This document shows, piece by piece, positions 63,811-64,000 of a DNA stretch of 64,000 bases. The DNA lies in contig NW_024704742.1 of assembly GCF_018977255.1 (NCBI RefSeq), positions 64,854,001 to 64,918,000 on the forward strand, in the 5' to 3' direction. The notes under the pieces are model-generated. The model ran no database searches. It had not been told where the DNA came from and saw only the letters and a program-made list of their open reading frames with translations. This DNA is from Callorhinchus milii. Its lineage: Eukaryota. Position numbers and translations under genes: made by a program. Numbering within the stretch: position 1 is the first letter of the stretch; every line of letters begins with the position of its first letter.

Positions 63811-64000
63811 ATCTGGTTCCGTGAACTTCCAGGTCATGAATGTAGTGGTCAAGCTATTTCCAGTTGTTTGGTTCATGTGGGAATAGCTTGCCTGTCAACT
63901 TTCTGTATCTTCCTTGGAGAAAGAGGTTTGCTTTCACTTGGTGTCTCCCTCAGTCAGCATAGACACGACATGGAATTTGACACATCTGTGATTGTGGATG

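Noticed and set aside
62100..64000. Possible 3' UTR or last exon of the upstream neighbour (SH3BP2 in human synteny)
   Set aside because: Minus-strand AATAAA motifs exist (e.g. 62171), but no matching coding sequence is visible and such motifs are common in AT-rich DNA.

Overview
AT-rich vertebrate genomic DNA. The repeat content (tRNA-headed SINEs with Deu-type/L2-type 3' tails, L2 and CR1 fragments, an LF-SINE-like relic) points to a cartilaginous fish, probably a chimaera; this assignment is an inference. Bases 1 to ~45,000 hold most of the alpha-adducin gene (ADD1) on the minus strand: a CpG-island promoter with a probable non-coding exon 1 (~44.7-45.3 kb), an ATG exon at 28,060 and 15 further coding exons (13 recognisable, 2 predicted) down to position 139. 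All are bounded by GT-AG and join in frame. The last exon(s), encoding the MARCKS-related basic domain, lie beyond the left edge. No protein-coding gene is recognisable in 45.3-64 kb, which is repeat-rich intergenic DNA. Main points of interest: (1) an in-frame 432-nt exon encoding a degenerate 12-aa repeat with no counterpart in mammalian alpha-adducin; (2) a predicted multi-helix RNA structure over the two alternative donors of exon 10; (3) an 18-nt microexon candidate; (4) a TA-flanked MITE carrying tandem NRF1-like and ZNF143-like motifs; (5) an exon 9 acceptor apparently built from SINE sequence; (6) a long intronic fold-back; (7) a strong sense-strand bias of SINE/L2 tails inside the gene but not outside it. 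Repeat boundaries are approximate (read by eye). Human ADD1 comparisons are from memory and need confirmation by alignment.
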